A DNA stretch of 24,000 nucleotides from Candidatus Competibacter sp. (GCA_029624815.1 JARSSH010000030.1:677-24676), one strand, 5' to 3'; positions 15,102-24,000 are shown, counted from the stretch's first letter. Notes: generated by a model not told the origin, from the letters alone. Numbers and translations: made by a program.

Positions 15102-16544
15102 ATGCGTCTGGGCCTCAAGCTGTTTCTCGGCTACTTCCTGATCGTCGGTCTGGGCGTGTATTTCTCCCTGAACATCTTCGGCAAGGAACTCAAGCCGGCC
15201 TTCCGCCAGGCGACCGAGGACACACTGATCGACACCGCCAACCTGCTGGCGGTGCTGGTGCGCGACGATCTACTCGACGGGAGCATCGCCGACGGCCATT
15301 TCCAGGACCGGCTGGCGGAATACGCCCGTCGCGCGCCCAACGCCCGGATTTGGGATATCGCCAAGCAGGCTTTCGATCATCGCATCTACATCGCCGACCA
15401 GCGGGGCGTGGTGCTGTTCGACTCCAGCGGGCGGGATGTCGGTCAGGACTATTCCCGCTGGAACGATGTCTACCTGACCCTGCGCGGCCAGTACGGCGCT
15501 CGCACCACCCGCGACGACCCGAACGACGAGCGAACTTCGGTGATGTACGTGGCGGCGCCGGTTCGGGACGGCGAGCGCATCGTCGGCGTGCTGACCGTGG
15601 CCAAGCCCGGCGCCAGCGTCCAGCTCTACGTGGACCGGGCCGAAGCCAAGCTGTATCGCGCCGCCGCCGTGCTGGTGGCGGTGTCGCTGACCGTGGGGCT
15701 GGCGTTCTCCTGGTCGCTGGCCCGTTCCATCGGCCGGTTGGCCAGCTACGCCCGCGCCGCCGCCGACGGCCGACGGATGCGTGCGCCGAAAGGGGGCGGG
15801 CCGGAATTGCGGGCGTTGGCGGAAGCGCTGGAAACCATGCGGAACAAGCTGGACGGCCGGGATTACGTGGAGCGCTACGTCCACACGCTCACCCACGAGA
15901 TGAAAAGCCCGCTGGCGGCCATCGCCGGCGCCGCCGAACTGTTGCAGGGCCAACTGCCGGGGCCGCAACGCGAGCGTTTCGCCGGACTGGTCGCCGGGGA
16001 GGCCGAACGGCTCCAGCAATTGGTCGAACGTCTGTTGGCGCTGGCCACCGTCGAGCAGCGGCGCGAACCGCAGGAGCGGCGGCCGGTTGACCTTGGCCGG
16101 ACCGTGCGGGAATGGCTGGCCGCCCGCGCGCCCGCCATCGCCCGCAAGGACTTGAGGATCGATAACCGGGTTTCCGAGGACGCGGCCTTTTTGGGCGAGC
16201 CGTTCCTGTTGGTTCAGGCCATCGGCAACCTGCTCGACAACGCGCTGGATTTCACGCCCGCGCACGGAACCGTGACGATCCAGGCCGATTCGATCGGCGA
16301 CGCCTGGCGGCTGACCGTGACCAACAGCGGCGGCGCCATTCCCGACTACGCCCGCGAGCGGCTGTTCGAGCGCTTCTATTCCTTGCCTCGCCCGGACACC
16401 GGCCGCAAAAGCACCGGGCTGGGGCTGGCTTTCGTCCGGGAAGTCGCGCAACTGCATGGCGGAACGATCACGGTGGACAATCTGTCGGACGGCGCTGGAA
16501 CGGTAATCGGCGTGGTGGCCCGGCTTACGCTGCCGGCGGCCTGA
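15102..16544 (+). CDS. creC: Sensor histidine kinase CreC
   Basis: MRLGLKLFLGYFLIVGLGVYF, GQDYSRWNDVYLTLRGQYGARTT, SVMYVAAPV, H-box LTHEMKSPLAAIAGAAELL, N-box GNLLDNALDFTP, and G-boxes SGGAIPDY / GLGLAFV. Collinear with my recollection of E. coli CreC. Confidence 0.88.
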   Translation: MRLGLKLFLGYFLIVGLGVYFSLNIFGKELKPAFRQATEDTLIDTANLLAVLVRDDLLDGSIADGHFQDRLAEYARRAPNARIWDIAKQAFDHRIYIADQRGVVLFDSSGRDVGQDYSRWNDVYLTLRGQYGARTTRDDPNDERTSVMYVAAPVRDGERIVGVLTVAKPGASVQLYVDRAEAKLYRAAAVLVAVSLTVGLAFSWSLARSIGRLASYARAAADGRRMRAPKGGGPELRALAEALETMRNKLDGRDYVERYVHTLTHEMKSPLAAIAGAAELLQGQLPGPQRERFAGLVAGEAERLQQLVERLLALATVEQRREPQERRPVDLGRTVREWLAARAPAIARKDLRIDNRVSEDAAFLGEPFLLVQAIGNLLDNALDFTPAHGTVTIQADSIGDAWRLTVTNSGGAIPDYARERLFERFYSLPRPDTGRKSTGLGLAFVREVAQLHGGTITVDNLSDGAGTVIGVVARLTLPAA

Positions 16545-16572
16545 TTCGCGCTCGATCTTCGTTTCTGGCCGC

Positions 16573-16588
16573 TTCACCCAATCCTCAC
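16573..16588 (+). promoter_or_regulatory. cre-tag-like CreB binding site TTCACccaatcCTCAC upstream of creD
   Basis: Direct repeat matching the published consensus TTCACnnnnnnTTCAC at 9 of 10 specified positions, with the correct 6-nt spacer. Lies ~80 nt before the creD ATG in the creC-creD gap. Confidence 0.55.
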
Positions 16589-16667
16589 CTTTTCCGCGCT
16601 TCCCGCACATCAGGGCCTCAATTCGCCGGTTCAAGCTGGCCTCGTTCATTCAACCGAGGAAGCCCCG

Positions 16668-18029
16668 ATGAGAAATCCGCTGTTCGTCAAGGTGGTTTTA
16701 GTGTTTTTGGTCACGGTGGTGCTGGCCACCGGCCTGTCGCAAATCGATTATCTGGTGAGGGAGCGGACGCAACGCCGCGATCAAGTCGTCGCCGGCATCG
16801 CCGCCGCCACCGCCCGCGATCAGACGCTGGTCGGGCCGCTGCTGGTCATTCCCTATACCCGCATCGTCAAGACGCAGAAGCCCAGCGACAAGGACGAAAA
16901 CAAGATGATCGAGGTCGAAAAACGCTATGCGGACCGGTTTTATCTACTGCCCGCCGAACTGGATGTCCAGGCCAACCTGAACACCGAACAAATTCGCCGT
17001 GGCCTGTATCACGCCGTGGTATTCAGCGGCGCCGTTTCGCTCAAGGGCCGCTTCGTGGCCGATGGCGCATTGCTGAAAGCCGGTCCGAACGAACAGATTA
17101 GCTTCGGCGACCCCCGCCTGATCGTCGGGATCGGCGATCCGCGCGGCATCCTGCGGGCGCCGGCGCTGGCTTGGGCCGGACAGCGTCTTGAATTCCTGCC
17201 AGGCACCGCCGAGGAAAAAATGCCCAACGGTATCCAGGCGCATATCGGTGGTCTCAACCCGCAAGAGCCGTGGTCGGCCGAGTTCGAATTGACATTCGAC
17301 CTACGCGGCACCCAATCCTTCGATGTCGCGCCGGTGGGCGACACCACCCACATCGACGTGCGCGGCAACTGGCCGCACCCCAGTTTTTATGGCCAGTTTC
17401 TGCCGGAGTCGCGTCAAGTGAGCGACGCCGGCTTTTCCGCCGCCTGGTCCACCACCCGGCTGGCCACCAACATGCTCCATCAATTGTTCGAACATCTGCG
17501 TAACAACCGCCCGCTCGATACCCTGATCGGGGTGCGCTTCGTCGATCCGACCGACAGTTACACTCAGACCGACCGGGCGATCAAATACGGACTGCTGTTC
17601 GTCGGCCTGACCTTCGCCGCCTTTTTCCTGTTCGAGGTGCTCAAGCGGCTGGCGATCCATCCCTTTCAGTACGGCTTGGCGGGCACGGCGCTGGTGTTGT
17701 TCTATCTGCTGTTGCTGTCGCTGTCGGAACATGTGGGTTTCGGGATCGCCTACGCGGTCGCCACCGCCGGCTGCGTGGCGCTGCTGGCCTACTATCTGAG
17801 CTATGTGCTGGGTAGCCTGGGCTGGGGTCTGGGTTTCGGGGCGTTGATCGGCGCGGTGTTCGGGATTCTGTACGTATTGATCAGCCTGGAGGATCTTTCT
17901 CTGTTGGCCGGTTCGGTGACGCTGTTTGGCGCCTTGGCGCTGGTGATGGCGCTGACCCGCAAGGTGGATTGGTATCAGTTGGGAGAGGCTCTGGGCGCGC
18001 GGCGTGGCAGAGGATCGGACGGCGCGTGA
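16668..18029 (+). CDS. creD: Inner-membrane protein CreD (cell envelope integrity protein)
   Basis: N-terminal TM, a large periplasmic portion, and a C-terminal cluster of ~5 TM helices (IKYGLLFVGLTFAAFFLFE..). Sits immediately after creBC. AGGAAG SD upstream. Confidence 0.85.
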   Translation: MRNPLFVKVVLVFLVTVVLATGLSQIDYLVRERTQRRDQVVAGIAAATARDQTLVGPLLVIPYTRIVKTQKPSDKDENKMIEVEKRYADRFYLLPAELDVQANLNTEQIRRGLYHAVVFSGAVSLKGRFVADGALLKAGPNEQISFGDPRLIVGIGDPRGILRAPALAWAGQRLEFLPGTAEEKMPNGIQAHIGGLNPQEPWSAEFELTFDLRGTQSFDVAPVGDTTHIDVRGNWPHPSFYGQFLPESRQVSDAGFSAAWSTTRLATNMLHQLFEHLRNNRPLDTLIGVRFVDPTDSYTQTDRAIKYGLLFVGLTFAAFFLFEVLKRLAIHPFQYGLAGTALVLFYLLLLSLSEHVGFGIAYAVATAGCVALLAYYLSYVLGSLGWGLGFGALIGAVFGILYVLISLEDLSLLAGSVTLFGALALVMALTRKVDWYQLGEALGARRGRGSDGA

Positions 18030-18048
18030 GATATCTCCCTACCCATGT

Positions 18049-18071
18049 CCTCTCTCCCGCAAGGAGAGGGG
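18049..18071. repeat. Hairpin CCTCTCTCC-cgcaa-GGAGAGGGG between convergent genes
   Basis: 9-bp stem (one G-T wobble) with a 5-nt loop, preceded by the 10-bp palindrome GAGATATCTC (18028-18037). There is no U-tract on either strand, so I call it a REP-like palindrome or a possible non-canonical bidirectional terminator. Confidence 0.5.
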
Positions 18072-18087
18072 ATCGCCGATCGCTCGC

Positions 18088-21000
18088 TCATGGCTGGACC
18101 GCCATGGAGATGCCGGGCGCATCGGCGCTCAAGTCATGCCGCCGCCAGGCGTCCGGCGGCAAGGTCGCCACCGCCAAATCGCAGAGATGGCCGTGGTGGG
18201 TGAAAAACAGCACTTGGGCACGGCGGGCGAGTTCGGCCAACACCGCCAATGTCGCCACGGCCCGGTCATCGTCGAACTGCACCAGCAAATCGTCGATGGC
18301 GATGGGGACGGCCTCGCGCTCCCGCAGGTGTTCCTCGATGGCGGCGATGCGCAACGCCAGAAAAAGCTGGTCGCGGGTGCCTTGGCTCAATCCACCCATC
18401 CCTACCTTGACCGCATCCGGCCGTCGCCCCACCAGGATTTGCCGGTCGTCCTGGTAATCCATTTCCAAGCCGCTGAAGTTACCCAGGGTGATCCGGGCGA
18501 AGATCTCGCTGGCACGGCGCAGCACCGGTCCTTGATGTTGCTCCCGGTACGCCTGCACGACCCGCGACACGATAGCGCCGGCCAGCCGGGCGCGAGCGTA
18601 GGCGCGGGACTGCCGGGCGAGGCGGGCGGTGATCCCTTCGGCGTCCTGTTGCACCTGTGCCGCCACGTCGCCGCCGTCGATGGCGTCAAAAGCGCGGCGC
18701 GCGTCCAGGTAGACCGCATACGCGGTTTCCAGCTCGGCTTCACGCTCGCGGACCGTGATTTCCAGCTCGTCCAGGTGGGCGTTGGCGGTGTCCAGATCCT
18801 CGCCCTCGATCTCGCCCAGGACTTCGGCCAGCGGGCGAGCGGCGCCGCGCACCAGTTGCTCCTCGATCTCGGTCACCCGCTCGGCCAATCGCCGCTTGTG
18901 CGTCGCTTGTTCCTCGACCGCCGCCAGTTCGTCCGGCGCTTCCACGCCGGCACGACGCGCCAGCTCGGCCAGGCGGTCGCGCTGACTCGCGGCGGCGGCC
19001 TCCGCCCGGTCGAGCCCGTCCTGTTCTCGGGCGATAGCGGCGTCGGCTTGCTTGCGCCGACGGTCGGCGTCGCGCGCTTCGCTCAACTCGCCGTACAACG
19101 CAATGGCGGTCCGATCGGCTGCTTGGTCGGCGACGACGGGTTCACCGACGGCACGCGCCAATTCGGCCAGCGCGCTTTCAAAGTCGGCACGGGCCGTCCG
19201 TTCCCGCCGGGCCTCGCCGGACAAGGCTTCCAGCGTTTGCCAAAGCTGGGCAAGCCGATCCCACTGGTCGAGTCGAACCCGCGCTTCCGCCGGCAAGGCT
19301 TGGGGCGGCAGTCGCAATTCGGCCATGGCGGCGTTCCATTGCGCCTGCCAAACCGCCTGTTTCCCGGCCAGTCCGGCACGCCGCGCGGCGGCTTCACGCA
19401 GCTCGGTCTCGCATTGGCGGATGCCGCTGTCGAGCTTGGCGCGTTCCATGGCGGCTTGGCGGTTCTGTTCGATAGCCACCTTGGCGCGACCGAGCGCGAC
19501 CGACAGGGCTTCGTCTTCAGCCAGCGCCGGCAAACCGCATGTCCGCAAGGCCCGATCCAGGGTTTGACGAGCCACCGCCAGCGTTGCGACGATCTCCCGT
19601 CGTTCCCGCCGCAACGTTTCCAGACGAGCGGAACGTTCGACCAGCAGCGCCTGCTTGCCCAGCCACTCCGCCGCCGCGCCGGGCGAAAGATCGGGCTGGC
19701 GCAAGGATTCGGCGATCGCCTTCCAGCGCGTGTCGAGCCGGTCGCGTTCGGCCGCCAGCGCGGCGCACTGGCCCGCGCAATCCAAACGCGCTGTCTGCAT
19801 GTCGGCGATGCGCTGGCGGAGGTTCTCGACGTTGGCGGCCCGCGTGGCGTCGGCGTGCAGCAAATCGGCCAGACGGTCGGCTTCCCGCATGGCGACCTCG
19901 AAGGCATCGATCGGCGACTGTTCCGGCGCGAGGTCCGCCGTGCGCTCGACATAGCCTCGACGAATCCGCCGCCAGCCTTCGTCGCGCGTTTGACGGGCCT
20001 GCCGTACCTGATCGTGGGTGACGATTTCGCCGGTAGCGGCCAGAGCGCGCAGTTCGCGTTCCCGCTCGCCGATATCCCGTTGCAGAATTCCATCCTGGTT
20101 TTTGAGCGAACGTTCCGCCTCGGCCCACTGGCGATAGCCGTCGCTTATCTCGGTCACCGTCGCCAAGGGCGGCACGCGCAGCGCGGTCAGCTCATCGAGC
20201 GTCCCCTCCCACAGCGACGCGGCTTCGTGAACGAGCGCGGTTTCCAGTGCGGCGATTTCTCGCTCCAACTGGATACACTGGCCGGTGAGGTCGCCGGGCG
20301 CGGTCGCCTGCTCGCGCGCCTGCTCCAGCGCCTCGAAGGGCACGGGCACGGGCTGGGTTTCCAGCTCGTCCCGCAGCCGTCGGCGCATGTCGGTCAGCTC
20401 GCGCTCCCGCTCTTCCAGTTGCTCGCTCTGGACCGACCGCTTGTCGTGTTTCTCCAGCAGCGCCTGTACCCGCGCCCGCGCCGTGGGCGCGGGCGCCAGC
20501 GCAGGGCTCCGCTCCGACAGTTCGGTGGGCGCAAGCCCCGTCGCCAGCGCCGGATCGATCTCGGCGAGTTGGCCGGCGAGAGTCTGGCGCGCGGCATCGA
20601 GATCCGCTTCGATTCGAGGCAGGCGTTCCAGAGTACCTCGGTAGTCGTTCGCGGCGTGATGCAGCCGCTCGATGGCGCCAGCGTGAGTCAGCAACGCCTC
20701 CCGCACCACACATTGAGTGCGTTGCCGGCGCAATTCCTCCAGCGCCGCTCGGGCTTCCCGCTGGTTGTCAGCGGCGGCGCGCAAGCGTTCCTCGGCTTCG
20801 ATGCGGTGCTGTCGGGCTTCCGGCGGCAGCAGCGGAATCGCGGCGAGCGCGGCCAGTTCCTGGCGTTTCGCCGCGCGTTCGGCGGCCAGCGGCAGGTGGG
20901 CGATGATCCGGGACAGGCGGCGTCGTTCCTCGCGCCAGCGGTTCAGTTCCGCGCGCAGCTCCACATGCTTCTTCTCGGCTTGACGCTTGGTCCGCTCGGC

Positions 21001-21645
21001 CTGCTCCCAGGCCGAGGAACGCACCGTGGCTTCCCGTGCCCGCTTGCGCTGCTCTTCCAGCTCCTTGAGAGCGAGCTGAATTTCGCTGGTGCTGGCGCGC
21101 GGACGAAACAGTTTGGATGCCTCCGCCTCCAAACTGTCCGACATCTGGCGCAGGTCGGCCAATCCCGCCGCCGCCGCGAACAGGCTCTGGCCGATTTCCC
21201 CCTTTCCTTCCAGCAGCGCTTCGCCGCCGCGTATCAATTCATCGTGGTCGAGCCCGAACAGGGCGCGGTACAGTCCTTCATCGAGACCGCCCAGCCACCG
21301 GGTCAGCGTGTCCTCGGCCAGCGGCTGGTCGGTCCGTTCCTCGCCGCCGACCTCGTCCAGCGCGAACAGGGTTTGCTTGCGCCCCTTGCGCCGCATCACC
21401 GCCAGCCGTCCAGCGTCGGCGGTCGCCAGCACCGCGCCGATTCGCAAACGGGCGTGCGGATGGAGGAAATTGTCGTCGGTTCGTTCCCCGATGCCGAACA
21501 GCAGGCCGACGAGGGCGCGCAAGGTGGTGGATTTGCCCGCTTCGTTCGGGCCGTAAATGACATGGAAATCCGGCCCGCCGGTAAAATCGAGGCGGCGCTC
21601 CGTGAACGCGCCGTAGGCTTTGAGATAGAGGCGTTCGATCTTCAT
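18088..21645 (-). CDS. Rad50/SbcC-like SMC-type ATPase of the YhaN (SbcF-like) kind, 1185 aa
   Basis: N-terminal Walker A GPNEAGKST. About 850 aa of Ala/Glu/Arg/Leu-rich presumed coiled coil. C-terminal signature LSQGTRDQL, Walker B IAIDDLLVQFDD and H-loop FFTHH. The start overlaps the nuclease stop (ATGA). Confidence 0.85.
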   Translation of the reverse strand: MKIERLYLKAYGAFTERRLDFTGGPDFHVIYGPNEAGKSTTLRALVGLLFGIGERTDDNFLHPHARLRIGAVLATADAGRLAVMRRKGRKQTLFALDEVGGEERTDQPLAEDTLTRWLGGLDEGLYRALFGLDHDELIRGGEALLEGKGEIGQSLFAAAAGLADLRQMSDSLEAEASKLFRPRASTSEIQLALKELEEQRKRAREATVRSSAWEQAERTKRQAEKKHVELRAELNRWREERRRLSRIIAHLPLAAERAAKRQELAALAAIPLLPPEARQHRIEAEERLRAAADNQREARAALEELRRQRTQCVVREALLTHAGAIERLHHAANDYRGTLERLPRIEADLDAARQTLAGQLAEIDPALATGLAPTELSERSPALAPAPTARARVQALLEKHDKRSVQSEQLEERERELTDMRRRLRDELETQPVPVPFEALEQAREQATAPGDLTGQCIQLEREIAALETALVHEAASLWEGTLDELTALRVPPLATVTEISDGYRQWAEAERSLKNQDGILQRDIGERERELRALAATGEIVTHDQVRQARQTRDEGWRRIRRGYVERTADLAPEQSPIDAFEVAMREADRLADLLHADATRAANVENLRQRIADMQTARLDCAGQCAALAAERDRLDTRWKAIAESLRQPDLSPGAAAEWLGKQALLVERSARLETLRRERREIVATLAVARQTLDRALRTCGLPALAEDEALSVALGRAKVAIEQNRQAAMERAKLDSGIRQCETELREAAARRAGLAGKQAVWQAQWNAAMAELRLPPQALPAEARVRLDQWDRLAQLWQTLEALSGEARRERTARADFESALAELARAVGEPVVADQAADRTAIALYGELSEARDADRRRKQADAAIAREQDGLDRAEAAAASQRDRLAELARRAGVEAPDELAAVEEQATHKRRLAERVTEIEEQLVRGAARPLAEVLGEIEGEDLDTANAHLDELEITVREREAELETAYAVYLDARRAFDAIDGGDVAAQVQQDAEGITARLARQSRAYARARLAGAIVSRVVQAYREQHQGPVLRRASEIFARITLGNFSGLEMDYQDDRQILVGRRPDAVKVGMGGLSQGTRDQLFLALRIAAIEEHLREREAVPIAIDDLLVQFDDDRAVATLAVLAELARRAQVLFFTHHGHLCDLAVATLPPDAWRRHDLSADAPGISMAVQP

Positions 21646-22904
21646 CGGGCGCCTTCGTCCCCGGACAGTCGCGCCAGCAGATCCGCTTCCACCTCGCCCA
21701 GCAGTTCGAGCAAGGCATCGGCGGCATCCAGACGCAGGGCGTCGCGATCCTCGCGGAGATCCATGGGCAATTTTTGTCGCAGCTCGCTCAGCGCCTCGGT
21801 AGCCACGGCGCGCAGCGCGGCTTCGTCCGTGGCGAGCCGGCGCAGTTCGCGCACCAGCAAACCGATGGGATCGTCGCGCTCGGCGATGCGGTCCAGATCC
21901 AGCAGCGGCCGGGTGCGGAATTCAATTTTTTCGATCCAGGCCCGCCCGTTACCGGCTTCGACCGCCGTGGCGCGTAGTTGCTGTTCCAGCTTTTCGCGAT
22001 CCGCGGCCAATCGTTGATGCAAGTAGCCACGGCCTTGCACCTGGACCCGCACCGCCAGCGCGCGATCCTCGGACCCGGCGAGTCGCCGACGCAAAACCGG
22101 CATGGCCATGTCGAGCAGCGCGTCCAGATCGGGCACGCCATCGATGTCCAGCGTCAGGGTGTCCCAACGCATCACGTCGAGTGCGATGAACCGCTGCGAA
22201 ATCGCCTCGTCCTCGACGGTCACCAGCGTGCAGCCCTTGGCGCCCATTTCACGGATATGCCGGCCCTGGGTATTACCGGGATACGCCACCCACGGCTCGC
22301 GGCATACGATTTCCGCCGCGTGGACATGGCCCAGCGCCCAGTAGTCGTAGCCCTTGCCGCGCAATACGTCGAGCGTGGTCGGAGCGTAGGGGTCGTGACC
22401 GGGGCGACCGTCGAGCGCGCTGTGCAGCAGACCCAGATTGAAATAGCCGGCCAGCGGGCGGGGATAACCGGCGGCCAGGTCGTCCGTTACGGCGGCGGTC
22501 GCGAAACTTTGCCCGTGCACGGCGATACCGATGTTGGCGAAGGGCTTGGTTTCCGGGCTGGCATCCGCGAACTGGTGCACGTTCGCCGGCAGACGCAGGG
22601 CTTTGGTGAGCCGATTGGCCGCATCGTGATTACCCCGAACGATGGCGACCGGGATGCCTTCCTCGGCCAGTTGAGCCACGCCCTTGACGAAAAACAGCCC
22701 GGTGTTGTAGTCGGGCCAATCGCCATCGTACAAATCGCCGGCGATCACGACCAGATCGACTCGTTCGCGCCGGGCGGCGGCGATCAGGTTTTCGAAGGCG
22801 CGGCGGGTGGCGCCGCGCACCTCGTCCACTGGGGCGCCCTCGTAACGGTCGAGACCGCGCAAGGGGCTGTCGAGATGCAGGTCGGCGGCGTGCAGGAAGC
22901 GCAT
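21642..22904 (-). CDS. Mre11/SbcD-like calcineurin-type metallophosphoesterase (YhaO-like DNA exonuclease subunit)
   Basis: Phosphoesterase motifs in order: HAADLHLD, IAGDLYDG, RGNHD, GLLHS, ALGHVH. 420 aa with a C-terminal helical extension. Confidence 0.85.
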   Translation of the reverse strand: MRFLHAADLHLDSPLRGLDRYEGAPVDEVRGATRRAFENLIAAARRERVDLVVIAGDLYDGDWPDYNTGLFFVKGVAQLAEEGIPVAIVRGNHDAANRLTKALRLPANVHQFADASPETKPFANIGIAVHGQSFATAAVTDDLAAGYPRPLAGYFNLGLLHSALDGRPGHDPYAPTTLDVLRGKGYDYWALGHVHAAEIVCREPWVAYPGNTQGRHIREMGAKGCTLVTVEDEAISQRFIALDVMRWDTLTLDIDGVPDLDALLDMAMPVLRRRLAGSEDRALAVRVQVQGRGYLHQRLAADREKLEQQLRATAVEAGNGRAWIEKIEFRTRPLLDLDRIAERDDPIGLLVRELRRLATDEAALRAVATEALSELRQKLPMDLREDRDALRLDAADALLELLGEVEADLLARLSGDEGAR

Positions 22905-22911
22905 GGCGGGC

Positions 22912-24000
22912 TCACCGCGCCCCGAAATCGATGCGTGGATCGACCAGGCGATAGCTCAGATCGCTGACCAGATTGAGCAGCAGACCGATCAGGCTGAACA
23001 CGTAGAGCGTGCCGAACATCACCGGATAATCCCGGTTGACCACGGCCTCGAAGCCCAGCAAGCCCAGGCCATCCAGCGAGAAGATCACTTCGATTAATAG
23101 CGAGCCCGTGAACAACATGCCAACCAGCGTGGCGGGAAAACCGGCGATCACCAACAACATGGCGTTGCGGAAGACATGGCCGTACAGGACGCGCCGCTCG
23201 CTCAGGCCCTTGGCGCGGGCGGTGACGACGTATTGCTTGTTGATTTCGTCCAGGAAGGCGTTCTTGGTCAGCATGGTCAGCGAGGCGAAGCCGCCGATCA
23301 CCATCGCCGTTACCGGCAGGGTCAAGTGCCAGAAATAGTCCAGAATCCGCGCCGGCCAACTTAAATCCGCCCAATGGTCCGAGGTCAATCCCCGCAGCGG
23401 GAACCAGTCCAGATAGCGCCCGCCGGCGAACAGGATGATCAACAGGATGGCGAACAGGAATGCGGGAATGGCGTAGCCGACGATCACCGCCGCGCTGCTC
23501 AGCACGTCGAAGCGCGAACCGTCGCGCACCGCCTTGGCGATGCCCAGCGGAATCGAAATCACATAGATCAGCAAGGTGCTCCACACGCCCAGCGAAATCG
23601 ACACCGGTAGCTTGTCCAGCACCAGATCCCACACGTCCCGATCACGAAAGTAGCTCTTGCCGAGATCGAAGGTGAGATAGTCGCGAACCATCAGGCCAAA
23701 TCGTACATAAGCCGGTTTATCGAAACCGAACTGACGATTTAATTCCGCCACGAACGCCGGGTCCAATCCCTGGGCGCCGCGATAGGCGCTATTCTCACCC
23801 GCCGCCGTGCCGCGTCCCGCTTCCACGCCTTCGCCGCCGCCCACCCGAGCGGTGGCGGCCACGGCGGTATTCTTCAGTTGCGCCAGCAATTGCTCCACCG
23901 GCCCACCGGGCGCGATCTGCACGATGACGAAATTGATGGCGATGATGCCGAACAGGGTCAGGGGGATCAGCGCCAGGCGGCGGAGGATGTAGGCGAGCAT
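22912..24000 (-). CDS. yejB: Peptide/microcin-C-type ABC transporter permease YejB
   Basis: Near-collinear with E. coli YejB as I recall it: [94 protein letters not shown]. The ATG coincides exactly with the last 3 nt of the window. Confidence 0.9.
   Translation of the reverse strand: MLAYILRRLALIPLTLFGIIAINFVIVQIAPGGPVEQLLAQLKNTAVAATARVGGGEGVEAGRGTAAGENSAYRGAQGLDPAFVAELNRQFGFDKPAYVRFGLMVRDYLTFDLGKSYFRDRDVWDLVLDKLPVSISLGVWSTLLIYVISIPLGIAKAVRDGSRFDVLSSAAVIVGYAIPAFLFAILLIILFAGGRYLDWFPLRGLTSDHWADLSWPARILDYFWHLTLPVTAMVIGGFASLTMLTKNAFLDEINKQYVVTARAKGLSERRVLYGHVFRNAMLLVIAGFPATLVGMLFTGSLLIEVIFSLDGLGLLGFEAVVNRDYPVMFGTLYVFSLIGLLLNLVSDLSYRLVDPRIDFGAR

Noticed and set aside
12595-16649. Minus-strand ORFs 12595..13764, 13632..14147, 14370..15083 and 15270..16649, and plus-strand off-frame ORF 14939..16090
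   Set aside because: They are antisense or off-frame to the TehA-like, ypfJ, creB and creC genes. No motifs are present and the composition is typical of GC-rich shadows.
18004-22017. 1337-aa ORF on the plus strand, the longest in the track
   Set aside because: It is antisense to the SbcC-like and SbcD-like genes. Its composition is extremely Arg/Gly/Pro/Ala/Leu-rich and low in complexity, with no motifs. The minus-strand frames carry Walker A/B, the ABC signature and phosphoesterase motifs. This is a classic high-GC shadow ORF.
1-24000. CRISPR arrays, tRNA/rRNA genes, IS elements, integrases, prophage genes
   Set aside because: I looked on both strands. I found no spaced repeat array, no tRNA-like T-arm/acceptor patterns in the intergenic gaps, and no transposase-like or recombinase-like ORF.

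Overview
Strongly GC-rich, almost fully coding chromosomal segment. Gene content (pgpA, creBCD, yejB, Mla/Mce-type transporter) points to a proteobacterium, probably a gammaproteobacterium; this is inference, no search was run. Left to right: (i) the tail of an unidentified ORF, a decayed 5' stub of hsdM, an RHH-antitoxin/PIN-toxin (vapBC-type) cassette, and an intact Type I methylase gene hsdM with no hsdS or hsdR after it. (ii) pgpA. (iii) A second TA pair on the minus strand (Phd/YefM antitoxin plus PIN toxin) with a clear promoter and operator. (iv) A tight metY - frmA/adhC - fghA cluster. (v) A membrane-anchored SNase-like nuclease. (vi) A four-gene Mla/Mce-type ABC operon (STAS-fused MlaE-like permease, ATPase, MCE protein, PqiC/DUF330-like lipoprotein). 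(vii) A ~0.7 kb poorly coding stretch with a 78-codon orphan ORF and an AT-rich palindromic island. (viii) A TehA/SLAC1-family channel and a YpfJ-type zinc metallopeptidase. (ix) creB-creC-creD with a near-consensus cre-tag ahead of creD. (x) On the minus strand, yejB followed directly by an overlapping Mre11/SbcD-like phosphoesterase and a 1185-aa Rad50/SbcC-like (YhaO/YhaN-type) ATPase. I found no rRNA, tRNA, CRISPR array, transposase or integrase. Many long ORFs in the supplied track are antisense or off-frame shadows typical of high-GC DNA. I do not see an unambiguous new multi-gene system. The best second-look candidates are the TA cassette inserted at the hsdM start codon and bracketed by a 38-nt direct repeat, the apparently solitary hsdM, the YhaO/YhaN-type nuclease-ATPase pair sitting where yejE/yejF would be expected, and the orphan region at 11.65-12.41 kb.
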